The position numbers and the translations under genes are program-made. The notes beneath the pieces are model-generated. The model was not told where the DNA came from. It saw only the letters and a program-made list of their open reading frames with translations, and did not search any database. A DNA stretch of 64,000 bases from Planctomycetota bacterium (GTDB lineage: Bacteria; Planctomycetota; MHYJ01; WSZJ01): contig JBBTCT010000007.1 in NCBI GenBank assembly GCA_038060895.1, forward strand, positions 100,023-164,022, read 5' to 3'. How positions within the stretch are numbered: position 1 is the first letter of the stretch; the number at the start of each line of letters is the position of its first letter. Positions 9,416-18,978 of the stretch are shown piece by piece.

Positions 9416-10432
9416 CTACTTCGGCTCTTCCGGCGGCGCTTCCGGCGGCTTCTCGCCCGGTGTGAATTTCTGCTTCGTGATGAAGTCGTACCCGATGTCG
9501 ATCACGTCCTCGTCGATCTTCCAGCCGTACGTCGTGCGGATGAATTTCTCCCGGATGATCAGCGCGATTTTCGAGGCTTCGTCCATGTCGCCCTGCAGGT
9601 AGTAGGACCACGCCTGGAGGTACATGCAGGTCCCGCGCGGCTCCAGGGCGAACTCCGGCAGGTTGTCGAACAACTTCTGCGCGCCCTCGATCGTCTCCTT
9701 GTACTTCTTGTCCTTGAAATCGCACCAGACGAGCCCGAGCTCGGAGTTCATCCGGCACTTCATTTCCCTCGAGGTCTGGCCGATCGTGTAGGCCTTCCGA
9801 GCGTCCGCGATGTCGCCGGTGCGCAAGCACGCTTCGCCGTAGATGTACTGCAGCTGCGTGTCAGCCTTGCCCCCATCCTCTGCGAGCTTCTTCTCAAGAC
9901 CCTTGCGGTGATTACCGTCCATGACCGCCTGGAGGACCGGCAGCAATTCCAGATAGGTGCAACGCCCCACGTAGGAATCCACCAGGTCGCCGTTGTCGGG
10001 GTCCACGAAAAGAACCGCCGGCGCCTGCTTGACCCCCGCATCCGCGAGGTGCTTTGCGCCCGCCACCTGCGCTTCCGCCATGGTTCCCTTCCAGCACCCG
10101 AACTGCTCGTTCAGGATGCGGAACGTATCCGCCTGCTCGAAGAACTTGCTCAGGAGTCTTGAAGTGTGAGGAGCATCGACGCCGTTCTTGCCGGTCTCCA
10201 TCACGAACATGATTGCGTAGCCGCTCTTCTTGGCTGCGATGTCGCGGGCGCCCTGCCAGGTCTTCGACCACTCGGTCGAAGAGACGATTGGAGGCGGGCC
10301 GGGCGGCTCCGCGGGATCTTTGGGATCCCCTTCCTTAGGCGGATCAGCCGGCGGGTCCGCCGGAGGCGTTCCCTGGGCGAAAACTGCGCCGGCCAGGAGG
10401 CCGGAAAGCACGAACGAGGCGATGGATTTCAC
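9416..10432 (-). CDS. secreted thioredoxin-like fold plus TPR protein, no CxxC
   Basis: GTG start with GGAG RBS, signal peptide, Pro-rich linker, Trx-like segment (GVKQAPAVLFVDP), TPR-like helices. Confidence 0.65.
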   Translation of the reverse strand: MKSIASFVLSGLLAGAVFAQGTPPADPPADPPKEGDPKDPAEPPGPPPIVSSTEWSKTWQGARDIAAKKSGYAIMFVMETGKNGVDAPHTSRLLSKFFEQADTFRILNEQFGCWKGTMAEAQVAGAKHLADAGVKQAPAVLFVDPDNGDLVDSYVGRCTYLELLPVLQAVMDGNHRKGLEKKLAEDGGKADTQLQYIYGEACLRTGDIADARKAYTIGQTSREMKCRMNSELGLVWCDFKDKKYKETIEGAQKLFDNLPEFALEPRGTCMYLQAWSYYLQGDMDEASKIALIIREKFIRTTYGWKIDEDVIDIGYDFITKQKFTPGEKPPEAPPEEPK

Positions 10433-10659
10433 GGCTTTCAGCTCCGAAAAGTGGGGTCCCCTGCGCGACAGCGATGGGTAGTCTAGCAAGTGATACGGGC
10501 CGCTTCGACAAACATTAAGAAAATTTACTTTGGCACGCAACAGCTGCAATCCGACCTTCGGCAACGGTCCGGCCCCCGCGGATTCTTGTTTCCCGCCGGC
10601 GCGGCAAGCCGAAATTTCTTCGAAGTGCCCCCACTCCACCCTATCCTACCCCTCCCCCC

Positions 10660-11106
10660 ATGCCCCCCTCACGCGCCCCCAACGGGGTCTACCGGAAGAA
10701 CATCCCCATCCGCTTCGCCGACGTCGACTTCGCCCGCATCCTCTACTTCCCCCGCCAGTTCCATTTCCTTCACATCACCATGGAAGACTTCTTCCGCGAA
10801 GTCCTCGACATCCCGTACGCCGTCATGCTGAAAATCGACCGCATCGGCTTCCCGACCGTCCACCTCGACGCCGACTTCCTGGCTCCGCAGGAATTCGGCG
10901 ACGAGGTCGAAGTCGCCATGCGCGTTGTTGAAATCGGGAAGAGCAAAGTTGTGTTTGGCTACGAGGTCCTGAATAAGGGCGCCGTCGCCGCACGCTGCAC
11001 CCAGACGACCGTGGCGGTCGATCCCGAAAAGTGGAAGAGCATCGAGCTGCCGGCAAAGTACCGGGCGGCTCTTGAACAAGTGAAAGCCCTCGCGGGCGGA
11101 GGCTAA
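10660..11106 (+). CDS. acyl-CoA thioesterase (4-hydroxybenzoyl-CoA thioesterase/hotdog family)
   Basis: IRFADVDFARILYFPR motif; PTVHLDADFLAP. Confidence 0.9.
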   Translation: MPPSRAPNGVYRKNIPIRFADVDFARILYFPRQFHFLHITMEDFFREVLDIPYAVMLKIDRIGFPTVHLDADFLAPQEFGDEVEVAMRVVEIGKSKVVFGYEVLNKGAVAARCTQTTVAVDPEKWKSIELPAKYRAALEQVKALAGGG

Positions 11107-11108
11107 AC

Positions 11109-11711
11109 GTGGCACGACAGGTGGTTGAGATCCGGGAAGAAGTCCTGACGTTCGACACGGCGGACCAGGAGAAGTGGGTCGGCGGCGACAAGTGGCTCGT
11201 GCCCGAGGAATTCCGGGACGACCCGAAATTCGCGAAGTCGTCGAGGTCGTACTTCCTCGAGATGACGGCGGTGCACCACTACAGATGCGGCGGGTGGCAG
11301 AGCCTCTCGGCCCTGTGGTTCGAGCTGTGGACGAAGTCGGCGAACCGCAAGCCGTGGGTCGAGCGGGGATCCGCCGCGATGGAAGCGTTCATCGGTCCGG
11401 AGCTGGAAGGGTTCCGCAAGAGCATGGGCCCCAACGTGGAGAAGTTCGCGAAGGCGCCGGACCTGGTGATCTGGAAGGAAACACCGAGGAAACTGCTTTT
11501 CCTTTCAATCAAACAGAAGAACGAGACGGTGTCTCCGAACGAGTTCGCGGGCCTGGCGCTGATCAAGGCGCACCTGGGAGCGGACGCGAGGATCATCCGG
11601 TTCTGCGAGCTCGGGGATTTCCGGGATCCGCGGAAGTGGAGGATCGTGTGTCCGTCGCTGCCGGTGAATGCGGGGTTTGACCGGCATGACGTACAGAAGG
11701 TCGAGGAGTAG
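11109..11711 (+). CDS. hypothetical protein with degenerate VRR-NUC/PD-(D/E)xK-like segment
   Basis: APDLVIW...LLFLSIKQKNETVSPNE resembles the VRR-NUC pattern PDL..W..FxEVK..D.LS..Q. Starts 2 nt after the thioesterase stop. Confidence 0.55.
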   Translation: MARQVVEIREEVLTFDTADQEKWVGGDKWLVPEEFRDDPKFAKSSRSYFLEMTAVHHYRCGGWQSLSALWFELWTKSANRKPWVERGSAAMEAFIGPELEGFRKSMGPNVEKFAKAPDLVIWKETPRKLLFLSIKQKNETVSPNEFAGLALIKAHLGADARIIRFCELGDFRDPRKWRIVCPSLPVNAGFDRHDVQKVEE

Positions 11712-11729
11712 AAGACAAGGGCGAAGGAT

Positions 11730-11809
11730 AAATCCCAACCCCAACCCCGACTCCAAATCCCGAGATGACTTTTGGGAGTTGGAGTTGGGATTTGTCGTGG
11801 ACGTTTTCC
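11730..11809. repeat. palindromic element of degenerate hexamers (CCAACC/GGTTGG), related to 61028-61150
   Basis: aaatcccaaccccaaccccgactccaaatcc ... ttgggagttggagttgggatttgtcgtggacgttttcc. Confidence 0.8.
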
Positions 11810-11838
11810 ACCGCAGGAGGAACGGGAGCCCCTTTCAA

Positions 11839-13383
11839 ATGCTCGATCCCATCCCGGACCAGTTCAACCTCGCCGATTACTTCCTCGACCACAACATCCG
11901 CGACGGACGTGGAGACAAGGTCGCGGTGTATTACCGCGACGAGAAGTGGACCTACGCGCAGATCCAGGAGGGGGCCTGCCGCGCCGCTGGGGCGTTCCGC
12001 TCGCTCGGGGTGAGGCAGGAAGACCGCGTCCTGCTGATCCTCCCGGACTGCCCGGCGTTCGTCACGGCGCTGTTCGGCGTCCACAAGGCGGGCGCCGTCC
12101 TCGCGATGGTCAACCCACTCCTTCCCATCGAGGACTTCGTCTACTACTTCAACTACACGCGCGCCGTCACCGCGGTCGTCCACCACTCGCTGGTCGAAGG
12201 GCTCACGAAGCTTCGCCCCCAGTTGAAGTACGTGAAGAACCTCCTCGTCGCGGGCGGCGACCCCGGGCCCTTCCTCTCCTACGAACAGACCTGCGTCCTG
12301 CAGCCGGCCCGGTGCGAGAACGCGCCGACCCACAAGGACGACCCCGCGGTGTGGCTCTTCACGAGCGGCTCCACCGGGAAGCCGAAGGCATGCGTCCACC
12401 TCCAGCACGATTTCGCGTGGAACACGGAACGCTACGCGAAGCAGATCCTCGGGATGCGCGAGACCGACCGGACCCTCGGCGTGCCGAAGCTGTTCTTCGG
12501 CTACGCGACCGGGACGAATCTCTGGTTTCCGTTCTCGGTCGGCGGATCGACGGTGCTCTTCGAGGAACGCGCTTCGCCCGAGGTTTTGTTTTCGCTCATC
12601 GCGAAACACCGCCCCACCGTCCTTACCAACGTCCCCACCACGATCAACAAGATGCTCGAGGATCCCGCCGGCAAGGACGCCGACCTCTCCTGCCTGCGCA
12701 TCACTGTTTCGGCGGGCGAGGCCCTCCCGCCTGAGCTCTACGACCGCTGGCTGAAACGCTTCAAGGTGGACATCCTCGACGGCATCGGCAGCGCGGAGAT
12801 GTTCCACATCTACATCTCGGGCCGGATCGGCGGCGTCCGGCCCGGAAGCCTCGGCCAGCTCGTCCCCGGCTACGACGCCAAGGTCTGCGGCCCCGGCGGC
12901 AGCGCCCTCCCCGACGGCGAAATCGGCACTCTCTGGATCCATGGCGACAGCGCGATGACCGGCTTTTTCCAGGACGACGAAAAGTCCCGCGCGCTCCTTC
13001 ACGGCAACTGGTACTGCACCGGCGACCAGTTCCGCCGCGACAAGGACGGCTACTTCTGGTACGAGGGCCGGGCCGACGACATGCTGAAAATCGGCGGCAT
13101 CTGGGTGAGCCCGCTCGAGGTCGAAAACTGCCTGCTCGCGCACCCGGCGGTGAAGGAGTGCTGCGTGGTCGGGTGCAAGGACGAAGCGGGGCTCGTGCTG
13201 CCGAAGGCGTTCGTGGTGCCGAAGGAGGGGCAGAAGAAGGACGAGCCCCTGAAGACGGCGCTCATCGAGCACGTGAAGGCGAAGCTGGCGAGATACAAAG
13301 CGCCGCGGTTCGTGGAGTGGATGGACTCGCTGCCGCGGAACGACCGCGGGAAGGTCGAGAGGAAGAAGCTGGCGGGCGGATGA
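11839..13383 (+). CDS. benzoate-CoA ligase family protein
   Basis: Motifs WLFTSGSTGKPK, PKLFFGYATG, SAGEALP, DGIGSAEMFHIY, GRADDMLK, PRNDRGK. Confidence 0.92.
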   Translation: MLDPIPDQFNLADYFLDHNIRDGRGDKVAVYYRDEKWTYAQIQEGACRAAGAFRSLGVRQEDRVLLILPDCPAFVTALFGVHKAGAVLAMVNPLLPIEDFVYYFNYTRAVTAVVHHSLVEGLTKLRPQLKYVKNLLVAGGDPGPFLSYEQTCVLQPARCENAPTHKDDPAVWLFTSGSTGKPKACVHLQHDFAWNTERYAKQILGMRETDRTLGVPKLFFGYATGTNLWFPFSVGGSTVLFEERASPEVLFSLIAKHRPTVLTNVPTTINKMLEDPAGKDADLSCLRITVSAGEALPPELYDRWLKRFKVDILDGIGSAEMFHIYISGRIGGVRPGSLGQLVPGYDAKVCGPGGSALPDGEIGTLWIHGDSAMTGFFQDDEKSRALLHGNWYCTGDQFRRDKDGYFWYEGRADDMLKIGGIWVSPLEVENCLLAHPAVKECCVVGCKDEAGLVLPKAFVVPKEGQKKDEPLKTALIEHVKAKLARYKAPRFVEWMDSLPRNDRGKVERKKLAGG

Positions 13384-13384
13384 G

Positions 13385-13620
13385 TTAAGCGGGGTCCGAA
13401 GCGAATCGAAGGACTTCCAGGACCTGCGCGGGATCACATCCGTAGATTCCTGAACCCCAGGCGGCGTTGACTTCAGTGGCCGCCCAGCCTCGACCGCGGA
13501 TGACGCCGACGTCCAGGGCGACCGCGCGTGGCAAATCGACGCGAGAGTCCGCGAGGATGCTTGAGACGAACGAGCGGACTTCGGCCGCTTCCGGATCCGG
13601 GCATCGACCGTAAATCTTGG
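13385..13620 (-). pseudogene. C-terminal remnant of a DUF4343-type ATP-grasp protein
   Basis: AVALDVGVIRGRGWAATEVNAAWGSGIYGCDP matches the family C-terminus as I recall it. No plausible N-terminal part; homology stops at a short hexamer repeat (~13620-13645). Confidence 0.6.
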
Positions 13621-13703
13621 AGTGAGAATGAGCGTGGGCGTGGATGAAGACTATCGGTTCCTGGGCCGATTGGTTCCCCGAATTCGTGGTTACAATTACC
13701 CGG

Positions 13704-13892
13704 GTGAAGCGCCCCAACTCCACCCGGACAATCCAGACATCCGAGAGAATCGCTCTCTCCGACCTGGAACCGGGCTGGGAAAAGTGGGTCGCTCTTTCTC
13801 CCGGCGAGCGTCTCAAGCGGTCACGGCTCATGCGACGTCGGCTGATAAATCCACGAGCGGCCCACGATGACAGATCTCTTCCGAAGCTTTGA
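13704..13892 (+). CDS. small hypothetical protein, putative partner of a nucleotidyltransferase
   Basis: TACAAT 7 nt before GTG 13704; WxxLSPxERL motif; overlaps the start of the NTase remnant. Confidence 0.5.
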   Translation: MKRPNSTRTIQTSERIALSDLEPGWEKWVALSPGERLKRSRLMRRRLINPRAAHDDRSLPKL

Positions 13893-13965
13893 CCGCGAGC
13901 GGGTCTCGTATCTGCTGATCGGTGGACAGGCATCGGTGGCCTACGGAGCGGCATACTCCCTTGAC
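13867..13965 (+). pseudogene. truncated nucleotidyltransferase (N-terminal ~33 codons)
   Basis: LFRSFDRERVSYLLIGGQASVAYGA is a typical NTase N-terminus; the sequence then runs out of frame into the GNAT gene. Confidence 0.6.
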
Positions 13966-14473
13966 GATCCTCGAAACGTCGCGTCTCGCGCTTCGAGCCC
14001 TCACCCTCGACGACACGGATGCGCTGCACGCGGTCCTCGGCGACCCGGTCGCGATGGCGCACTACCCGAAGCCCTTCACGCGCCAGATGACGATCGAGTG
14101 GATTGAATGGAGCCTGCGCAACTACGCGAAACACGGGTTCGGCCTGTGGGCGGTGACGCTGAAGGACAGCGAGAGGCTGATCGGGGACTGCGGGATCACG
14201 ATGCAGCAGGTCGATGGGGTGCCGCGGGAGGAAATCGGGTATCACATCCTGAGGGAATTGTGGGGGCAGGGGTACGCGACGGAAGCGGCGGCCGGAGTGA
14301 GAGACTACGGCTTCGGTCGACTTAAACTGACGCAACTCATTTCGTGGATGACAGTTGCGAACACGGCTTCCCGTCGCGTCGCGGAGAAGATCGGGATGAA
14401 ACTGGAGAAACAGACCGTCAACAAGTACGGCAACGCCCAGGTCGTCTACAGCCTCGGGGCACCCTCCGCCTAA
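13961..14473 (+). CDS. GNAT N-acetyltransferase (RimJ/RimL type)
   Basis: Motifs ILETSRLALR, LIGDCG, EIGY, WGQGYATEAA, NTASRRVAEKIGM; TTG start inferred. Confidence 0.9.
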   Translation: MTILETSRLALRALTLDDTDALHAVLGDPVAMAHYPKPFTRQMTIEWIEWSLRNYAKHGFGLWAVTLKDSERLIGDCGITMQQVDGVPREEIGYHILRELWGQGYATEAAAGVRDYGFGRLKLTQLISWMTVANTASRRVAEKIGMKLEKQTVNKYGNAQVVYSLGAPSA

Positions 14474-14517
14474 GCAAAACTATTGCATTCAGCCACCCTC
14501 CCGTACAATTTCACCTA

Positions 14518-15258
14518 ATGTCCCTTTCGCTGACTGACCTGACGTGGCGGGAAGCCGACGACCTCTTCCATAAGAAGCCCCTCGCCCTCCTCCCCATCGG
14601 GGCGGTGGAAGCGCACGGGCCGCATCTTCCGCTCTACACAGACGTGCTCCTTTCGATGGAGCTGTGCGACAGGCTGGCGAAAGCGATATCCCCGAAGCCG
14701 GTTGTGATCCTGCCGCCGGTCAATTACGCCGTGACGAACTACGCGGCGGAATTCGCGGGAACGATTTCGCTGTCGCCGAACACGGCCAAGGAACTGCTCT
14801 CCGACATCTTCCGGTCGCTCGGGCGGCATGGGATCGAGTTCGTCGCTTTGATCAACTCACACCTCGAGCCGGCCCACATCAACGTCCTGGAAGAAGTCGC
14901 GCAGGACTTCCTCGAGCGCCCGCACGTCATCTTCACCAACCATTGCCGCAAGCCGCTCGCCCAGAGGCTGAGCCCCGAATTCCAGAGCGGAGACTGCCAC
15001 GCCGGGAGTTACGAAACGTCGCTGCTGCTGGCCAGCAAGTCGCGCGACCTCGTCAAGAAGGACAAGATGAAGACGCTTCCCCCCATCAAGCTCGGGCTCG
15101 TGAAGCAGATGAAGCAGGGCGTCGCGACCTTCGGGGCGATGGGCGCGAACGACGCGTATTTCGGCGAGCCTGCCGTGTCGTCCCCGGAACACGGCGAGAT
15201 CCTCTGGCAGACGCTCGTAGAGATCTGGCAGGAAGCGATCAAGTCGGAAATGGGTTAG
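14518..15258 (+). CDS. creatininase/amidohydrolase family protein
   Basis: Motifs LPIGAVEAHGPHLPLYTD, INSH, HAGSYETS. Confidence 0.9.
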   Translation: MSLSLTDLTWREADDLFHKKPLALLPIGAVEAHGPHLPLYTDVLLSMELCDRLAKAISPKPVVILPPVNYAVTNYAAEFAGTISLSPNTAKELLSDIFRSLGRHGIEFVALINSHLEPAHINVLEEVAQDFLERPHVIFTNHCRKPLAQRLSPEFQSGDCHAGSYETSLLLASKSRDLVKKDKMKTLPPIKLGLVKQMKQGVATFGAMGANDAYFGEPAVSSPEHGEILWQTLVEIWQEAIKSEMG

Positions 15259-15277
15259 CGACCGCTCCGGCGCTTCT

Positions 15278-16063
15278 ATGGCTGCCACCACGCTCAACGG
15301 CGAAGTTGCCCTGGTGACAGGAGCCGGCCGCGGCATCGGTCGCGCGGTCGCACTGCGGCTCGCGGCAGCGGGAGCCAAGGTCGGACTCATGGCTCGCTCG
15401 ACCTCGGAAATCGGCGAGGTCGCGGCGGAGGTCCGGGCGGCCGGAGGTGAAGCGTTCGAAGTTCCCGGAGACGTACTCGTCGCCGAGGACGTGGCGCGCG
15501 TGGTCGCCGAGATCGCTTCGCATGCCGGCGGCCTCACGATCGTCGTGAACAATGCCGGAACCGGAAAGAGCGCGCCTTTTGCGAAGACGTCGCGGGCGCT
15601 GTGGGACGAGATGATCGCTCTGGACCTCACCAGCGCGTTTACCGTCACCCAGACCGCCCTCCCCCACCTCCTCGCGGCAGGCCACGGGAGGATCGTCAAC
15701 GTCGCTTCCGCCGCAGGCCTCAAGGGCTACCCGTACATCGTCGCGTATTGCGCGGCGAAGCACGGTCTCGTCGGATTCACGCGCTCGCTCGCCGTCGAGC
15801 TCGCCGGCAAACGGATCACGGTGAACGCCGTCTGCCCCGGCTACGTGGACAGCGCGATGACCAGCATCAACATCGAGATCATGAGCCAGAAGACGAAGCG
15901 GCCCGCGGACAAGATCCGGAGCGAAATCGAGGCCATGTCGCCGCAGCACAGGCTTTTCTCCCCCGAAGAAGTCGCGGAGACCGTGGCGCACCTGTGCTCG
16001 CCGGGAGCGAAAGGAATCACGGGGCAGGCCATCGCCATCTGCGGCGGCGAGCTCGCATGCTGA
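15278..16063 (+). CDS. SDR family oxidoreductase (3-hydroxyacyl-CoA dehydrogenase-like)
   Basis: Motifs TGAGRGIG, NNAG, YCAAKHG, NAVCPG. Confidence 0.93.
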   Translation: MAATTLNGEVALVTGAGRGIGRAVALRLAAAGAKVGLMARSTSEIGEVAAEVRAAGGEAFEVPGDVLVAEDVARVVAEIASHAGGLTIVVNNAGTGKSAPFAKTSRALWDEMIALDLTSAFTVTQTALPHLLAAGHGRIVNVASAAGLKGYPYIVAYCAAKHGLVGFTRSLAVELAGKRITVNAVCPGYVDSAMTSINIEIMSQKTKRPADKIRSEIEAMSPQHRLFSPEEVAETVAHLCSPGAKGITGQAIAICGGELAC

Positions 16064-16106
16064 GCTGGCGCTAGCCGCAGCGGCGCGCCAGGGCTACGCT
16101 TTGCGC

Positions 16107-16745
16107 ATGTCCTCACACCCGGTCCGCGACGATCAGCTTCCAAAAGGTGCAGGCACCGCCGGCGCGGTCCCGGTCACGCCGTCCGCCAGCGTCATCGTGC
16201 TTCGCGGCGAGCCGATCGAAGTCCTGCTCATGCGCCGCTCGCGAGGATCGAGTTTTGTTCCGGACAACTGGGTCTTCCCCGGCGGAATCGTGGAAACGGC
16301 GGACCGGGGCGCCGACGACCTGGCGACGGCGAAGACGTGCGCGGCCCGGGAGTTGCACGAAGAAGCGGGCGTCCGGGTTCTGCCGGAGGAGCTGGTCTTG
16401 ACCGCGCGCTGGATCACGCCGGAAGGGGTGCCGAAGCGGTTCGATACCTGGTTCTTTCTCGCAACGATGCCCGGCGGCCAGGAGCCCCGTCCCGACGCGG
16501 TCGAAGGAATTGAACTGCGCTGGCTCGCGCCGGCGGCCGCGCTGGACGCCAATCTCCGTGGCGAACTGGCGATGGTGTTCCCGACGATGAAGAACCTGGA
16601 AGCGCTTCTCCCCTGGAAATCGATCCCCGGGCTCCTCGTGGAGCGCCGCGGCGCTTCGATTGCAACGACACGCCCTGTGATCGTGGTCGAGAACGGGCAG
16701 AAGAAAGTCGTGCTGCCGAACGAGTGCGCAGAAGGTAGTAAGTAG
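16107..16745 (+). CDS. NUDIX hydrolase (NUDT19-like)
   Basis: VFPGG...AARELHEEAG Nudix box; WITP..KRFDTWFF. Confidence 0.88.
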   Translation: MSSHPVRDDQLPKGAGTAGAVPVTPSASVIVLRGEPIEVLLMRRSRGSSFVPDNWVFPGGIVETADRGADDLATAKTCAARELHEEAGVRVLPEELVLTARWITPEGVPKRFDTWFFLATMPGGQEPRPDAVEGIELRWLAPAAALDANLRGELAMVFPTMKNLEALLPWKSIPGLLVERRGASIATTRPVIVVENGQKKVVLPNECAEGSK

Positions 16746-16795
16746 GGAAAGCCTTTCCATCGCGAGCTGTTCCTACCCACTACCCCCTGCCCCCC

Positions 16796-17734
16796 TCACC
16801 CCTTCCGCCCGACCATCGTCAGGTTGTTCCCGAGATTCGTGAGGTCGAGAGCCGCGTTGACCAGGGGAACGGCGACGCGCGACGCGAGCCACTGGATCGG
16901 GCCGTTGGTCCCGGTGCCCTCTGTGCCGGCGTTCGTCTGCTGCTGGAAGCGGTCGAGGGGCGTGCGTTCGTCGCGGCCGCGGCCGAGAAGGGACGAGAAG
17001 AAGCCGGTGCCGACGCCTGTGGTGCGGGTGCGCAGCACCTTCAGCCCGTGGGAGCGGAACAGCCTGGCGAGGGAATGGCGCGAGAAAAAGTGCAGGTGAT
17101 TGGGAGGCTCGAGGTCCCACCAGCGCTCCCCGGTGACAAGCCAGGGCAGGCCGCGCGAGTGCGGGATCGAAAGGACCGCCAGGATTCCGCCCGGTTTGAG
17201 CAGCCGGACCAGGCGCCCCGTGATCCCGACCGGATCCTCGAGGTGTTCGAAGCAGACGATCGAGACGATGGCGTCGAAACTCTCCTGGGGGTACCCCGCG
17301 GTTTCGAGGGGGCCTACATGAAGCGGGAGGCGCCAGTGCGTGGCGGCGTCGGCGACCCAGCCTGCGAGGTCGAGCCCGACGGCGTCGTACCCGGCCGCAA
17401 GCGCTTCCATGACGAAAAGCCCCGACCCGCAGCCGAAGTCGAGGATTCGCGCGCCTGGAGGGAGCCACTTCTGGAGGAACGCGAGGTTCTTGCGCATGAG
17501 AGCGCGGTGGATGAATTCCTCGTGCTTGAACCTGTCCAGGAGCGACGGTTCGTTCAGGTAGTCCGCCGCGCCTCCGCCGTCCGCCCAGAGATGGTCGCAC
17601 CGGCGGCAACGACGGACGTCGAACCCCTTGTGAACAAGGAGGGAGCGCGTGTCATCCGAGTGGCAGATCGGACAGCCCACGCCGGTAATCTGCAAAAGAG
17701 CGGGGCCTGACGTCAACGGTGAAACGCGGGTCAA
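16796..17734 (-). CDS. class I SAM-dependent methyltransferase with N-terminal Zn ribbon
   Basis: CPIC...CRRC, LDFGCGSG, FEHLEDP, PPNHLHFFS; start uncertain. Confidence 0.85.
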   Translation of the reverse strand: MTRVSPLTSGPALLQITGVGCPICHSDDTRSLLVHKGFDVRRCRRCDHLWADGGGAADYLNEPSLLDRFKHEEFIHRALMRKNLAFLQKWLPPGARILDFGCGSGLFVMEALAAGYDAVGLDLAGWVADAATHWRLPLHVGPLETAGYPQESFDAIVSIVCFEHLEDPVGITGRLVRLLKPGGILAVLSIPHSRGLPWLVTGERWWDLEPPNHLHFFSRHSLARLFRSHGLKVLRTRTTGVGTGFFSSLLGRGRDERTPLDRFQQQTNAGTEGTGTNGPIQWLASRVAVPLVNAALDLTNLGNNLTMVGRKG

Positions 17735-17773
17735 AAGCTGCCTCCCCGCCCGGGGCCGTCATACAATCCCGCC

Positions 17774-18193
17774 ATGAGCTTTCTCTTCCCCGTCAACCCC
17801 GCCACTCTCGGGAAGCCGTCGGGTTACAACAACGGGATGATGGCGCCGGCCGGGGCCAGCGCGCTTGAAATCGCGGGGCAGGTCGCGTGGGACAATGCGC
17901 ACCGGATCGTAACGAAGGACTTCGTCGGCCAGTGGGACCAGACGCTCCGGAATTTTCTCGACGTCGTGAAGCACGCGGGCGGCGGGCCGGAGCACGTGGC
18001 CGAGATGACGATCTTCATCATCGACAAGCAGTCCTACCTCGACAACACGAAGAAACTCGGCGAGGTCTGGCGCGCCCTCATGGGGAAAAATTACCCCGCC
18101 ATGGCCTGCGTTGTTGTCGCAGGGCTCGTCGAGGAAGGCGCGCAGGTCGAAATCAAAGGGACGGCGTACCTCCCCGGGAAAGGACGCTCGTGA
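17774..18193 (+). CDS. RidA/YjgF family protein
   Basis: Motifs PSGYNNG, IAGQVAWD, YPAM, LVEEGAQVEI. Confidence 0.9.
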   Translation: MSFLFPVNPATLGKPSGYNNGMMAPAGASALEIAGQVAWDNAHRIVTKDFVGQWDQTLRNFLDVVKHAGGGPEHVAEMTIFIIDKQSYLDNTKKLGEVWRALMGKNYPAMACVVVAGLVEEGAQVEIKGTAYLPGKGRS

Positions 18194-18978
18194 AACCAAA
18201 GTCCTTCAAGTGGTCGGTCGCCGAAGGCGTCGGGCGGATCTTGCTCGACCGGCCCGCGACGCTGAATTCGCTGACTTTCGAAGTGTACGGCGAGCTGCGC
18301 GACCTCTTCCGGCACGTCGCGACGCAGCGGGAAGTGCGCGTCGTGACGATCACGGGAAGCGGCAAGGGCTTCTGCAGCGGCGGGGACCGCGAGGAGATCA
18401 TCGCGCAGCTCTTCGGGAAGACGTCGGAAGAGGTCTACAAATTCGCTCGGATGACCTGCGACCTCGTCGAGGCGATGCGCGGATGCCCGAAGCCGGTGAT
18501 AGCGTCGATCAACGGCGCCTGCGTCGGTGCAGGGGCGATCATCGCTATGGCGAGCGATTTCCGGTACGCGGTCCCGGAGGCGAAGTTCGGGTTCGTGTTC
18601 ACGAAGGTCGGGATCAGCGGCGCGGACATGGGGGCGACGTTCCTGCTGCCGCGGATCGTCGGCTGGACGAAGGCGACGGAACTGCTGATGACGGGCGACG
18701 TGTTTCCGGCCGAGGAAGCACTTCGCATCGGCTTCCTCAACGCGATCGTCCCCGCCGCCGATCTCGAAAAGAAGACATCGGAGGTCGCGGCGAAGCTCGC
18801 TGCCGGACCTGCGTTCGGCCTGGCCACGACAAAGACCCTCCTCAACAACCAGCTGGGCGCTTCCCTCGCCGACGCCCTCGAGGCCGAGGCGCAGGCCCAG
18901 GCCCTCTGCATGCTGCACCCCGATTTCAAGACCGCGTACGAGGCGGCCCGGGCGAAGAAGGAGCCGCGCTTCCAATGA
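18190..18978 (+). CDS. enoyl-CoA hydratase/isomerase family protein
   Basis: Motifs FCSGGD, PKPVIASINGACVGAG, GADMGATFLLPRIVG; GTGA overlap with the RidA stop. Confidence 0.92.
   Translation: MKPKSFKWSVAEGVGRILLDRPATLNSLTFEVYGELRDLFRHVATQREVRVVTITGSGKGFCSGGDREEIIAQLFGKTSEEVYKFARMTCDLVEAMRGCPKPVIASINGACVGAGAIIAMASDFRYAVPEAKFGFVFTKVGISGADMGATFLLPRIVGWTKATELLMTGDVFPAEEALRIGFLNAIVPAADLEKKTSEVAAKLAAGPAFGLATTKTLLNNQLGASLADALEAEAQAQALCMLHPDFKTAYEAARAKKEPRFQ

Noticed and set aside
17887-18974. Long N-terminal extensions on the enoyl-CoA hydratase and acyl-CoA dehydrogenase ORFs (apparent fusions)
   Set aside because: The extensions overlap upstream genes in other frames; true starts are at the 4-nt overlaps 18190 and 18975. 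The same applies to ORFs 57175-59196, 44899-46782 and 29420-30772.
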